A stretch of DNA of 64,000 nt, from NCBI GenBank assembly GCA_041494885.1, contig JBGQBO010000007.1:851-64850 (forward strand), in the 5' to 3' direction. Below are positions 48,477-56,000 of the stretch, in pieces. The stretch's first letter is position 1. Each line of letters starts with the position of its first letter. A program made the translations under genes and the position numbers. This DNA comes from Terriglobia bacterium. Lineage in GTDB: Bacteria; Acidobacteriota; Terriglobia; JAIQFV01. A model generated the notes under the pieces. That model did no database searches. It had not been told where the DNA came from and saw only the letters and a program-made list of their open reading frames with translations.

Positions 48477-49379
48477 ATGTCCCCTGCATACCTAGACCGG
48501 CTTTCACTCCCTGAACTCAGACAGCGCGCCGCTGAACTTCGCGAGATGCTCCGGGAATGCATTGTTTGCCCGCGTGAGTGTCGCGCCCGGCGCACCGAAG
48601 GCCGAGTTGGAGTTTGCCGGTCGACGGATGAAATCGTCATTTCTCAGGTCGGCGCTCACTATGGGGAAGAGCCTCCGCTGGTAGGTTGGGGCGGATCGGG
48701 GACCATTTTTTTCTCGCGATGTAACCTGTGGTGTCTCTTCTGCCAGAACTACGACATTAGTCACCTGGACATCGGGCGACCCATTTCCACCCCGGATCTG
48801 GCAGACGCCATGCTCTCACTCCAGCACCGCGGCTGTCATAACATCAATCTTGTCACCCCGACTCATTTCACTCCTCAGATCGTTGAGGCCCTCGTGATAG
48901 CGGTCGAGCGCGGACTTCAGATTCCTCTCGTTTACAACTGCAGCGGCTATGAGTCCCACAAGACGCTGCGCCTGCTGGACGGCATCGTCGACATCTACAT
49001 GCCTGACCTCAAGTATTCAAACAACGACCATGCCCGCAAGTACTCCGGCGTCAAGGGTTACTGGGATGTGGCTCAGCCCGCCCTCCAGGAAATGCACCGT
49101 CAGGTCGGTGACCTGATCATGGATCGCCGCGGTGTGGCGCAGCGTGGGCTTCTGGTGCGGCATCTTGTCCTCCCCAATGGCCTGGCGGGCTCCCGTGGCG
49201 TTCTCGATTTTCTCGCCCAAGGAGTCTCCCTCGACACCTACCTCAACATCATGGATCAATATCATCCGGAGTTTAAGGCCTCGAACTATCGTGAACTAAA
49301 TCGCGGCATCAGCTCGAGAGAATTCAACGAGGTCGTGGAATACGCCCGCCAAATCGGTCTGCATCGGGGATTTGAGTGA
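48477..49379 (+). CDS. Radical SAM protein, PflX-like (COG1313-type activase-like)
   Basis: CNLWCLFCQN (CxxxCxxC), N-terminal Cys motif CIVCPRECRARR...GVC, HNINLVTPTHF, IYMPDLKY. Confidence 0.75.
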   Translation: MSPAYLDRLSLPELRQRAAELREMLRECIVCPRECRARRTEGRVGVCRSTDEIVISQVGAHYGEEPPLVGWGGSGTIFFSRCNLWCLFCQNYDISHLDIGRPISTPDLADAMLSLQHRGCHNINLVTPTHFTPQIVEALVIAVERGLQIPLVYNCSGYESHKTLRLLDGIVDIYMPDLKYSNNDHARKYSGVKGYWDVAQPALQEMHRQVGDLIMDRRGVAQRGLLVRHLVLPNGLAGSRGVLDFLAQGVSLDTYLNIMDQYHPEFKASNYRELNRGISSREFNEVVEYARQIGLHRGFE

Positions 49380-49432
49380 GCCGTCATCTGAAGGTTTGAC
49401 TCGCACAAGCTGAAAAGGTATATTGCCAATTC

Positions 49433-50446
49433 ATGACGCATGCTCAACCCTTGCGCGCCGCCGCAAGATCCATGGTGCATTCACTCTCATTAATCACCCG
49501 CAACGAGACCTTGCGCTCGATCCTCGCGCGTGTGGACACCCTTGCCGCGTCTGACAGCTCGGTCCTGTTGATTGGTGAAACGGGGGTCGGAAAGGAACTT
49601 TTCGCGGAATACATCCACCGCACCAGTAACCGCGCCGAGCGGCCACTGGTCAAGGTCGGGCTGGCTGCCCTTCCTCATGAGCTGCTGGAAACTGAACTCT
49701 TCGGGCATGAGAGAGGGGCTTTTACCAGTGCACACAATGAGAAGAAGGGGCTGTTTGAGCTCTCCGATCGGGGAACCATTTTCCTGGACGACATTGATGA
49801 CTTCCCGCTGGCCTTGCAGTCCAAGCTGTTACGCGTGCTCGAATCTCATGAGGTCATGCGGGTCGGAGGGACCACTCCGATTCCCGTCGACATCCGGTTG
49901 ATCACGGCCACCAAGGTCGACTTGAAGGAACTGGTCAACCGGGGAATCTTTCGTGCCGACCTGTACTACCGCATCAATGTCGTGCCCATCTCCATTCCGC
50001 CTATGCGGGAGCGCCGCGACGACATTCCTTTACTGATCGAACATTTCCTGCGCCGGTTCGCACCCGACAAACAGCTTGTTCCCGCGGAAGATGCCTTGCG
50101 GGCGATGGTGGGTTACTCGTGGCCGGGAAACGTCCGCGAGTTGCGAAACGTCGTGCAGAGGATGGCGCTCTTTGCCTCGGAAACAATCCAACTGAAAGAT
50201 CTCCCGCCTGAGATTCGCACCGACGATCCCCTCCAGCTTCTCGTCAAGAGCTGTCACCAATGCCTCGTGGATGACCACATGTCGTACGATCAGGTGATCG
50301 CCTGCCTGGAAACCAATCTTCTTCGCCAGGCCCTCGATCAGGCCGGAGGCAACCGCGCCCAGGCCGCCAAGGCGCTGGGCATGAGTCTGTCAACTTTTCG
50401 AGATAAGTTAAAGAAATATCATTTGGACGACACGGAGAAAACTTAG
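49433..50446 (+). CDS. Sigma-54-dependent enhancer-binding protein lacking any N-terminal sensory/receiver domain
   Basis: AAA+ core begins about aa 25-40. Walker A GETGVGKE, sigma-54 contact loop GAFTSA (variant of GAFTGA), Walker B FLDDIDD, ESHEVMRVGG, RADLYYRI, Fis-type HTH GGNRAQAAKALGMSLSTFRDKLKKY. Confidence 0.85.
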   Translation: MTHAQPLRAAARSMVHSLSLITRNETLRSILARVDTLAASDSSVLLIGETGVGKELFAEYIHRTSNRAERPLVKVGLAALPHELLETELFGHERGAFTSAHNEKKGLFELSDRGTIFLDDIDDFPLALQSKLLRVLESHEVMRVGGTTPIPVDIRLITATKVDLKELVNRGIFRADLYYRINVVPISIPPMRERRDDIPLLIEHFLRRFAPDKQLVPAEDALRAMVGYSWPGNVRELRNVVQRMALFASETIQLKDLPPEIRTDDPLQLLVKSCHQCLVDDHMSYDQVIACLETNLLRQALDQAGGNRAQAAKALGMSLSTFRDKLKKYHLDDTEKT

Positions 50447-50709
50447 GGTCTGATCATTTCCCCCCGATGTTTCCACTGGCAGCAATTTTCAGTTTTCGAA
50501 TCCAAACGGGACGGAACAAAACAGGGCTAATTTGCATCAATTGGCCCTTTACCAAAGCGGCCTGAAGCCAGCATCAGTAAAGGGCTGAAGGCACCTCGTT
50601 GGAGATTTCTTGCCAGTGAATCCGCAAGGCTTATTGATAGGTGACTAATCCTTACCCTGATCCGGTCCGCAGGACTTAAGGGCCAGATCGCGACCCAGTG
50701 GCAGGATCA

Positions 50710-50945
50710 CAGTCCCCCTCGGCGGGCTTGGGTGCGTACAGCCCGCTGGTTTGCCGGCGGGAAAGCCCACCACCCATCGGTTTTTCACCCCGATTCATCG
50801 GGGTTGATCTCCTGCCTAGGTCGGCCGTTAACGACCGACCCCATCCCCACCAACCCCGATGAATCGGGGTAAGGACTTTAGCTCGCCTGCTCCCGCCGCT
50901 GAAGCGGCGGGCTGTATTAGGACAAGTCCCCTCGAAGGGGACTCG
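50710..50945. repeat. Cluster of at least 6 GC-rich perfect or near-perfect hairpins, including a nested 20-bp inverted repeat
   Basis: Hairpins at 50722-50746, 50787-50806, 50819-50840, 50851-50870, 50892-50911 and 50926-50942. 50787-50806 (accccgattcatcggggttg) is the exact reverse complement of 50851-50870. Confidence 0.85.
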
Positions 50946-51033
50946 CGTGCCCCGGCGGTGACTCTCAATTTCCGAACCCGAACGAGCCCAACCAAACAGG
51001 ACAAAACGAATCAAACCCGGACATGGCTTGGAA

Positions 51034-51118
51034 TTGCGCCCAACCTTGACAATCCCTTGGACACGCAAGAGAATGGCCGCTGTTGTTGAAAGTTTTGGAA
51101 GTGAAATAGGCTGGTCAG
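51034..51118. repeat. 85-bp dispersed repeat, copy A
   Basis: ttgcgcccaaccttgacaatcccttggacacgcaagagaatggccgctgttgttgaaagttttggaagtgaaataggctggtcag. About 90 percent identical by eye to 51891-51975, same orientation. Confidence 0.85.
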
Positions 51119-51189
51119 CATACTCATAGTTGGGCCGATTAACGGCCCGACATTATCTCCGCGTTACAACCCAAAAGGAGGAAGCAGTC

Positions 51190-51699
51190 ATGTTCCAGAA
51201 GCCATTCGGAATGTCGTTCGTCACCGCCGCGCTGCTTGCCATGGCTGCTTTGCCTGTCATGGCTCAAGTGCCTTTCCCTCCTCCGCCGCAAATCCCATAC
51301 GGCCTATCGGTCAGTACTGAAAGCGCCAAAAACGCGGCTGGGGCATCGATTGCTGAGGCACGGAAAAACAAATGGAACATGGCGATCGCCATCGTCGATA
51401 CCGGTGGCTATCTCGTATACTTCGAAAAGATGCAGGACACCCAGACAGGAAGTGTCGACTTGGCCATCGAGAAAGCGCGTACCTCAGCCCTGTTCCGGCG
51501 ACCCACGAAAGTTTTTCAGGACGGTGTAGCCGCCGGCGGCGAGGGTCTTCGCTTGTTGCGTCTCACAGGTGCAATTCCGAATGAGGGCGGTGTTCCAATT
51601 ATCGTGGGAGGAAAGGTCATCGGGGCTGTCGGAGTCTCGGGTGGCAGCGTCGAGCAAGACGGTCAAGTGGCCAAAGCTGGTGCGAACGCCCTCAAGTAG
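51190..51699 (+). CDS. GlcG/HbpS-like (DUF336) heme-binding protein, secreted
   Basis: AAGGAGG RBS. Signal peptide MFQKPFGMSFVTAALLAMAALPVMAQ. AIAIVDTGGYLVYFEKMQDT, IEKARTSALFRRPT, GGVPIIVGGKVIGAVGVSGG. Confidence 0.75.
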   Translation: MFQKPFGMSFVTAALLAMAALPVMAQVPFPPPPQIPYGLSVSTESAKNAAGASIAEARKNKWNMAIAIVDTGGYLVYFEKMQDTQTGSVDLAIEKARTSALFRRPTKVFQDGVAAGGEGLRLLRLTGAIPNEGGVPIIVGGKVIGAVGVSGGSVEQDGQVAKAGANALK

Positions 51700-51890
51700 G
51701 AGGCACAAGTTGGGCGGCCCAACTACAGCATGAAGGTGAGGGCTACGGATCAAAATTCAACTTATTGAGTCTTGAGGCGTGGCCCTAACATCGTTCCATG
51801 CTCGTTCCGTCCGACAGACGCGCTTCCCACGCACAACCCGTCGCAGCCATAACGGGATTATGCCGACCAGCATTTGTCGACCACGAGGCG

Positions 51891-51975
51891 TTGCGCCCAA
51901 CCTCGACAATCCCTTGGACAGGCAAGAAAATGGCCGCAGTTGTTGGAAGTTTCGGACTTGAAATAGGCTGGTCAG
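51891..51975. repeat. 85-bp dispersed repeat, copy B, directly abutting MITE-like copy 1
   Basis: ttgcgcccaacctcgacaatcccttggacaggcaagaaaatggccgcagttgttggaagtttcggacttgaaataggctggtcag. Confidence 0.85.
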
Positions 51976-51976
51976 G

Positions 51977-52164
51977 GTGAAAGGAGTCAGACCTGGACAT
52001 CGGACGAACCGGAGCTGGTGCTGAAGAGCCCTGCATGGAGTTATTGGCGCTGCCTGACTCGCCCTCAACAATGGCTGACCACCTTGCTGACTTGACTGAG
52101 TTCCTGTCGCGCGACCCCCTTTACCCATTTGTCCCAACGTCCTATGTGCAGGTCTTACCCGTTT
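51977..52164 (+). mobile_element. MITE-like non-autonomous element, copy 1 (about 188 bp, degenerate TIRs)
   Basis: gtcagacctggacatcggac ... gtcctatgtgcaggtcttac (TIR with 3 mismatches). The body is homologous to 53514-53700. No ORF. Confidence 0.65.
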
Positions 52165-52190
52165 GGCACAAGTCACTCAAGAGGACATGA

Positions 52191-53057
52191 ATGATGATTG
52201 AACTAGAAAGACAAAAACAAAAGGCCGATGAGTTTTTGGCACTGCATCATGCTCCAACAATTTTCATTCTTCCAAATGCATGGGATGTCGTCAGCGGAAA
52301 GATCTTCGAGCTCGAGGGGTTCAAGGCGATCGGCACCACCAGCGCGGGTATCGCAGCAACGCTCGGCTATGCCGATGGTCAAAAAATGAGTCTGGCTGAA
52401 AACATTGAAGTAGTTCAGCGCATTGTAAATAATACCGCACTGCCTGTGAGCGCCGATATAGAGGCTGGTTATGCTACTTCCATTGAAGGCGTAGTAAAGG
52501 CGGCCCATGCGGCATTGAATGTCGGCGCTGTGGGATTGAATATTGAAGATAGCACAGGAGATCCCGCAACTCCTCTTTTCGACAAAGCTCTTCAACGAGA
52601 CAAAATCAAAGCGATACGAGAAATGGCTGTTGCCAAGGGGATCCACTTGGTTATCAATGCCCGGACTGATGTCTACTTGGTCCATGATGAATCCACACAG
52701 AGTTTGCGTCATGCAATTGACCGTGGCAATGCGTATAAGGAGGCTGGCGCTGATTGCATATTGGTTCCGGATGTTGGTAGCCTCGACAAAAAGGACATTG
52801 CAATTCTTGTCAAGGAGATTGATGCCCCCATCAACATTGTTGCGGGCGCAACGATACCCCCCATCTCTGAACTTCAAGATTTGGGTGTCTCGCGCGTGAG
52901 CGTCGGTCCGAGGCCAATGAGAGCTGTGCTTAGTTTACTGCGAAAGATCGCCAAAGAACTGATGACGACAGGAACGTATAAGCTGATGACGGAATCGTCC
53001 ATCTCCTATTCCGAAGTCAATCAGTGGTTTAACCGAGGAACAAGGAATGATACTTAG
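52191..53057 (+). CDS. Isocitrate lyase / PEP mutase superfamily protein (methylisocitrate lyase / CPEP phosphonomutase-like)
   Basis: LPNAWDVVSGKIFELEGFKAIGTTSAGIAATLGYADGQ, SADIEAGY, NIEDS, INARTD. Visibly AT-richer than its neighbours. Confidence 0.8.
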   Translation: MMIELERQKQKADEFLALHHAPTIFILPNAWDVVSGKIFELEGFKAIGTTSAGIAATLGYADGQKMSLAENIEVVQRIVNNTALPVSADIEAGYATSIEGVVKAAHAALNVGAVGLNIEDSTGDPATPLFDKALQRDKIKAIREMAVAKGIHLVINARTDVYLVHDESTQSLRHAIDRGNAYKEAGADCILVPDVGSLDKKDIAILVKEIDAPINIVAGATIPPISELQDLGVSRVSVGPRPMRAVLSLLRKIAKELMTTGTYKLMTESSISYSEVNQWFNRGTRNDT

Positions 53058-53107
53058 CAAGCGCCTATCACCCGCATCCAGCCGACTCTGTACCGCTACG
53101 CTTCGCG

Positions 53108-53476
53108 ATGCGGCTGATGCGCATTGTTAGGCAGACATGTGGAGGTACGATGCTCGTTGAAGTAGCGGGGTGCGTCTTCGACGTCGATCAACTTCGGCTA
53201 TCTCACGGCTACGAAGATCTGGACCCGGTCGCGAAGGAGGCATTCGTCAACCATGTCCATATCAAGCGCCCGGACTGCGCTACCCGGGCCGCCTGCATGG
53301 TGTCTGCTTGGTCTCGCGAGCTAAGGGCGGGCTGGCCGAAAGCAGCGTTCAGGATCTACCGTGAGCGCAGTCTCGGAGAAGTGACGATCCGCTTCCATAT
53401 GATCCGGCACGGTCTTGCGAACTGGACCGAGGCATGCGACGAGATCCTCGAAATCGGACCTGAAAGCAACCTGTAA
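53108..53476 (+). CDS. Hypothetical protein (122 aa)
   Basis: Open frame between the PEP-mutase-family gene and MITE-like copy 2. No motif recognised. Confidence 0.35.
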   Translation: MRLMRIVRQTCGGTMLVEVAGCVFDVDQLRLSHGYEDLDPVAKEAFVNHVHIKRPDCATRAACMVSAWSRELRAGWPKAAFRIYRERSLGEVTIRFHMIRHGLANWTEACDEILEIGPESNL

Positions 53477-53513
53477 GGGATGCTAAGCCCTCAGGGAAGC
53501 CGCCCACCAAGAA

Positions 53514-53700
53514 GTGAAAGGAGTCAGACCTGGACATAGGACAAACCGGAGCTGGCTTTTACTCGCGATGCGTGGAGTTATTGACGCCTCCTGACTCGCT
53601 CTCATCAATGGCTGCTCGCCTTGCTGACTTGACTGGATTGCAATAGCACGACCCCCCGGCCCACTTGGTTCAATGTCCTATGTCCAGGTCTGACCCGTTT
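53514..53700 (+). mobile_element. MITE-like non-autonomous element, copy 2 (187 bp, perfect 20-bp TIRs)
   Basis: gtcagacctggacataggac (53523-53542) and gtcctatgtccaggtctgac (53675-53694) are exact reverse complements. Same orientation as copy 1. Confidence 0.7.
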
Positions 53701-53708
53701 TACGTTTT

Positions 53709-53936
53709 CAGAAGGAGGTCGATGACTTTTGGGAGAAGCTCTCCGCGGGTGGACAAAAAGAAAGATGCGGCTGGCTGAAAGACAAATACGGCGTGTCGTG
53801 GCAGATCATTCCGTCATTTTTGGGCGAGCTGTTGAATGACCCGGATCCTGTGAAGTCGAAAAGAGTGGTGCAGACAATGCTTCAAATGAATAAAATCGAC
53901 ATAAATAGATTAAAGAAAGCCCATGAACAACGATAG
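53709..53936 (+). pseudogene. 3' remnant (75 codons) of a PhnB/YjdN-like VOC-fold protein
   Basis: QKEVDDFWEKLSAGGQKERCGWLKDKYGVSWQIIPSFLGELLNDPDPVKSKRVVQTMLQMNKIDINRLKKAHEQR matches the conserved C-terminal half of this family. In-frame TGA at 53691-53693 inside the MITE TIR. No start codon. Confidence 0.6.
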
Positions 53937-54138
53937 AGGAGTCGCAGAATAAGTTTTCATCTGGTAGGGATTAGCACAATCTAGAGGAAAAGGAATTAAA
54001 GGGAAGAGAATCTAATTAGGCGTTCCAGACGACGCACGAACTATGGACATCGTTTCGATCGCAGTTATAGTGTTGGCCGGAAGCTGAGCGGGGGCGGTTG
54101 GACGCTCGCTGGTGAAGATGGTATCCTAAATCTGAGGA

Positions 54139-54354
54139 TTGAATATGAAGAACTATACGGCTGTTGTTGAGAAATGCCCTGACACGGGATTGTATGTTGG
54201 GTACGTGCCCGGGTTTCCTGGCGCTCATACTCAAGCTGAGACGCTCGACGAATTGAACCGGAATCTTCAGGAGGTCATCGAAATGCTGTTGGAAGATGGC
54301 GAGCCGAAAATAGAAGCAGAATTCGTTGGCATCCAAACCGTCAAGGTCGCCTGA
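54139..54354 (+). CDS. hicB: HicB-family antitoxin (short, UPF0150 form)
   Basis: MKNYTAVVEKCPDTGLYVGYVPGFPGAHTQAETLDELNRNLQEVIEMLLEDGEP. Confidence 0.8.
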   Translation: MNMKNYTAVVEKCPDTGLYVGYVPGFPGAHTQAETLDELNRNLQEVIEMLLEDGEPKIEAEFVGIQTVKVA

Positions 54355-54357
54355 GAG

Positions 54358-54581
54358 ATGGGGAAATATCCTGTTTTGAAGCCAAAGAAGTCGTAGCAAT
54401 CTTGGAGAAGCTGGGGTTTGTAGAAGTCCGCCAACGAGGCTCTCACAAGCAGTATCGGCATCCGGATGGACGCACTACAACAGTACCGTTTCATGCCGGC
54501 AGAGACATCTCGCCAATACTTGTTCGGCAGATTGCCAAGGATATTGGCCTGACTATTGAGGAATTGCTAAGACACAGATGA
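54358..54581 (+). pseudogene. hicA: HicA mRNA-interferase toxin, interrupted by a 1-nt frameshift after codon 10
   Basis: ATG 54358 gives MGKYPVLKPK then KS-stop. Shifting +1 in the ccaaag run (54382-54387) gives EVVAILEKLGFVEVRQRGSHKQYRHPDGRTTTVPFHAGRDISPILVRQIAKDIGLTIEELLRHR-stop (54579-54581), a full HicA. Confidence 0.7.
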
Positions 54582-54667
54582 CCGCGTCTAACGAATTCTA
54601 GTCTCTTATATATCTCTGAGTGGCGCGCGCGGTCCCGCGGATGCAAGCCGCTAGGAGGCTGTAGATC

Positions 54668-55582
54668 GTGGACGTGGTGACCGGCGCATTCGGATATATC
54701 GGGAGGTACATTGCAAAAGCCCTTCTGCGACGCGGAAGAGAAGTCCGCACCATCACAACCCATCCCAACAAACCCAATCCGTTCGGCCCGTCCGTCCAAG
54801 CGTTCTCTTACAACTTCGACGACCCGCATCGGTTGACCCAGACGCTCGAAGGGGCGGACACCTTATACAACACCTATTGGATTCGTTTCCCCTTTGACGG
54901 TCAGACCTACGAATCGGCTCTTCGAAACACCCGGACTCTATTTCAGTGTGCGAAAGAAGCGAAGGTAAAGAGAATCGTCCACGTCGGCGTCACTCAGGCT
55001 TCAGTCAATTCCCCACTGCCCTATTACCGTGGCAAAGCACTCCAGGAGGCGATGTTGAGCGAATCGGGCGTTCCTTTCTCAGTTGTGCGACCCACGCTGG
55101 TGTTTGGAAAAGAAGATATCCTGGTCAACAATATTGCCTGGTTGATTCGAACGGGCCCGGTGTTCCCAATTTTTGGATCGGGGCTCTATCGGGTGCAGCC
55201 GGTCTTCGTTGAAGATTTAGCGGAAATTGCGATCCAACAGTCCACCGCACTGCCAGGAACGACGGTGGACGCCATCGGCCCTGAAACCTTTACATTTGAA
55301 CAATTGACCAGATTAATTGCAAACAAGTTGGGGCGGAAAATTAAGACCCTTAGAGTTCCTCCGTCGGTCGGCATTTTCTGTGGGCAGGTCATGGGCTTGT
55401 TTCTGCGCGATGTTCTTCTGACTCGAGATGAACTGGAGGGGTTGATGTCCGAGCTGTTGACATCACAACAGCCTCCCAACGCACCTACTCGGTTTTCCGA
55501 CTGGCTGGAGAATAATAAATCCGTGGTCGGCCGCAGCTATTCATCAGAGGTGGCCCGGCATTTTCGGTGGTCAGTGCTCTAA
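54668..55582 (+). CDS. NAD(P)-binding atypical SDR (NmrA / epimerase-like)
   Basis: VVTGAFGYIGRYIAKALLRRG Rossmann motif, YYRGKA, VVRPTLVFG. GTG start. Confidence 0.75.
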   Translation: MDVVTGAFGYIGRYIAKALLRRGREVRTITTHPNKPNPFGPSVQAFSYNFDDPHRLTQTLEGADTLYNTYWIRFPFDGQTYESALRNTRTLFQCAKEAKVKRIVHVGVTQASVNSPLPYYRGKALQEAMLSESGVPFSVVRPTLVFGKEDILVNNIAWLIRTGPVFPIFGSGLYRVQPVFVEDLAEIAIQQSTALPGTTVDAIGPETFTFEQLTRLIANKLGRKIKTLRVPPSVGIFCGQVMGLFLRDVLLTRDELEGLMSELLTSQQPPNAPTRFSDWLENNKSVVGRSYSSEVARHFRWSVL

Positions 55583-55681
55583 AGACGATGAGAATCTACG
55601 GCTCCGCCGCCTCCGCCGTGGCGGACGGTAAGCCTATGGCTTACCGGGGCGAGCCTTTTCCCCCTTTCTTCCATGGATCGC

Positions 55682-55712
55682 AAAAGCCCGCCGCCTTTGG
55701 CGGCGGGCTTTT
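55682..55712. terminator. Bidirectional intrinsic terminator
   Basis: aaaa gcccgccgcc ttt ggcggcgggc tttt: a 10-bp GC stem, 3-nt loop, flanked by an A-run and a T-run. Confidence 0.8.
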
Positions 55713-55840
55713 GCGGCTCGAAAGGAGATGAAAGCTTTGGGTGAGCCGGAAAGGCGGAGCCGTTCCGCAATAATGAGCGGCAGAGCCGCAAAATTGAAAG
55801 AAGGCATCCTCCATTCTCGCTGCCCCTCTTCCTACTCCTA

Positions 55841-55874
55841 ACGGAAATCCGACAGTGATCTAGCGGAAATCCGC
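55841..55874 (+). promoter_or_regulatory. Two CGGA-N2-TCCG dyads spaced 22 bp centre to centre, a candidate enhancer (UAS) for a sigma-54 activator
   Basis: acggaaatccga (55841-55852) and gcggaaatccgc (55863-55874), about 70-95 bp upstream of the -24 element at 55939. Confidence 0.4.
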
Positions 55875-55937
55875 TCCCAACGAAATTCATGAAACGACCC
55901 TCCTATTTATTTCCTTATGCTTAGGCTCCCCTTTGAT

Positions 55938-55954
55938 TTGGCATCCGTCTTGCT
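55938..55954 (+). promoter_or_regulatory. Sigma-54 (-24/-12) promoter
   Basis: tTGGCATccgtcTTGCT matches TGGCAC-N5-TTGCW with correct GG-N10-GC spacing. About 47 nt upstream of ATG 56001 and about 350 nt upstream of the hydrogenase small subunit. Confidence 0.6.
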
Positions 55955-56000
55955 ACCTTTCTCCCTGAGTCACTAATTGGGTGCAACAGGATTCTCCATC

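Noticed and set aside
50650-51130. RNase P, SRP, tmRNA or 6S RNA in the hairpin-rich spacer.
   Set aside because: gggaaagccc superficially resembles the RNase P P4 GGAAAGUCC. None of the other universally conserved segments, the SRP GGAA/AGCA motifs or a tRNA-like end are present.
50676-52176. Minus-strand ORFs 50676-51068 and 51757-52176, and plus-strand ORFs 10914-11171 and 11266-11610.
   Set aside because: They are translations of repeat or hairpin DNA (for example QGIVKVGRN / QGIVEVGRN arise from the 85-bp repeat and LWNVEA from the 36-bp repeat). They have no protein-like features.
52225-52245. Additional sigma-54 promoter-like strings (tggcactgcatcatgc at about 52233, tggcaccggagaacgg at about 19723).
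   Set aside because: Wrong GG-to-GC spacing or no TTGC element. The first is inside a coding region.
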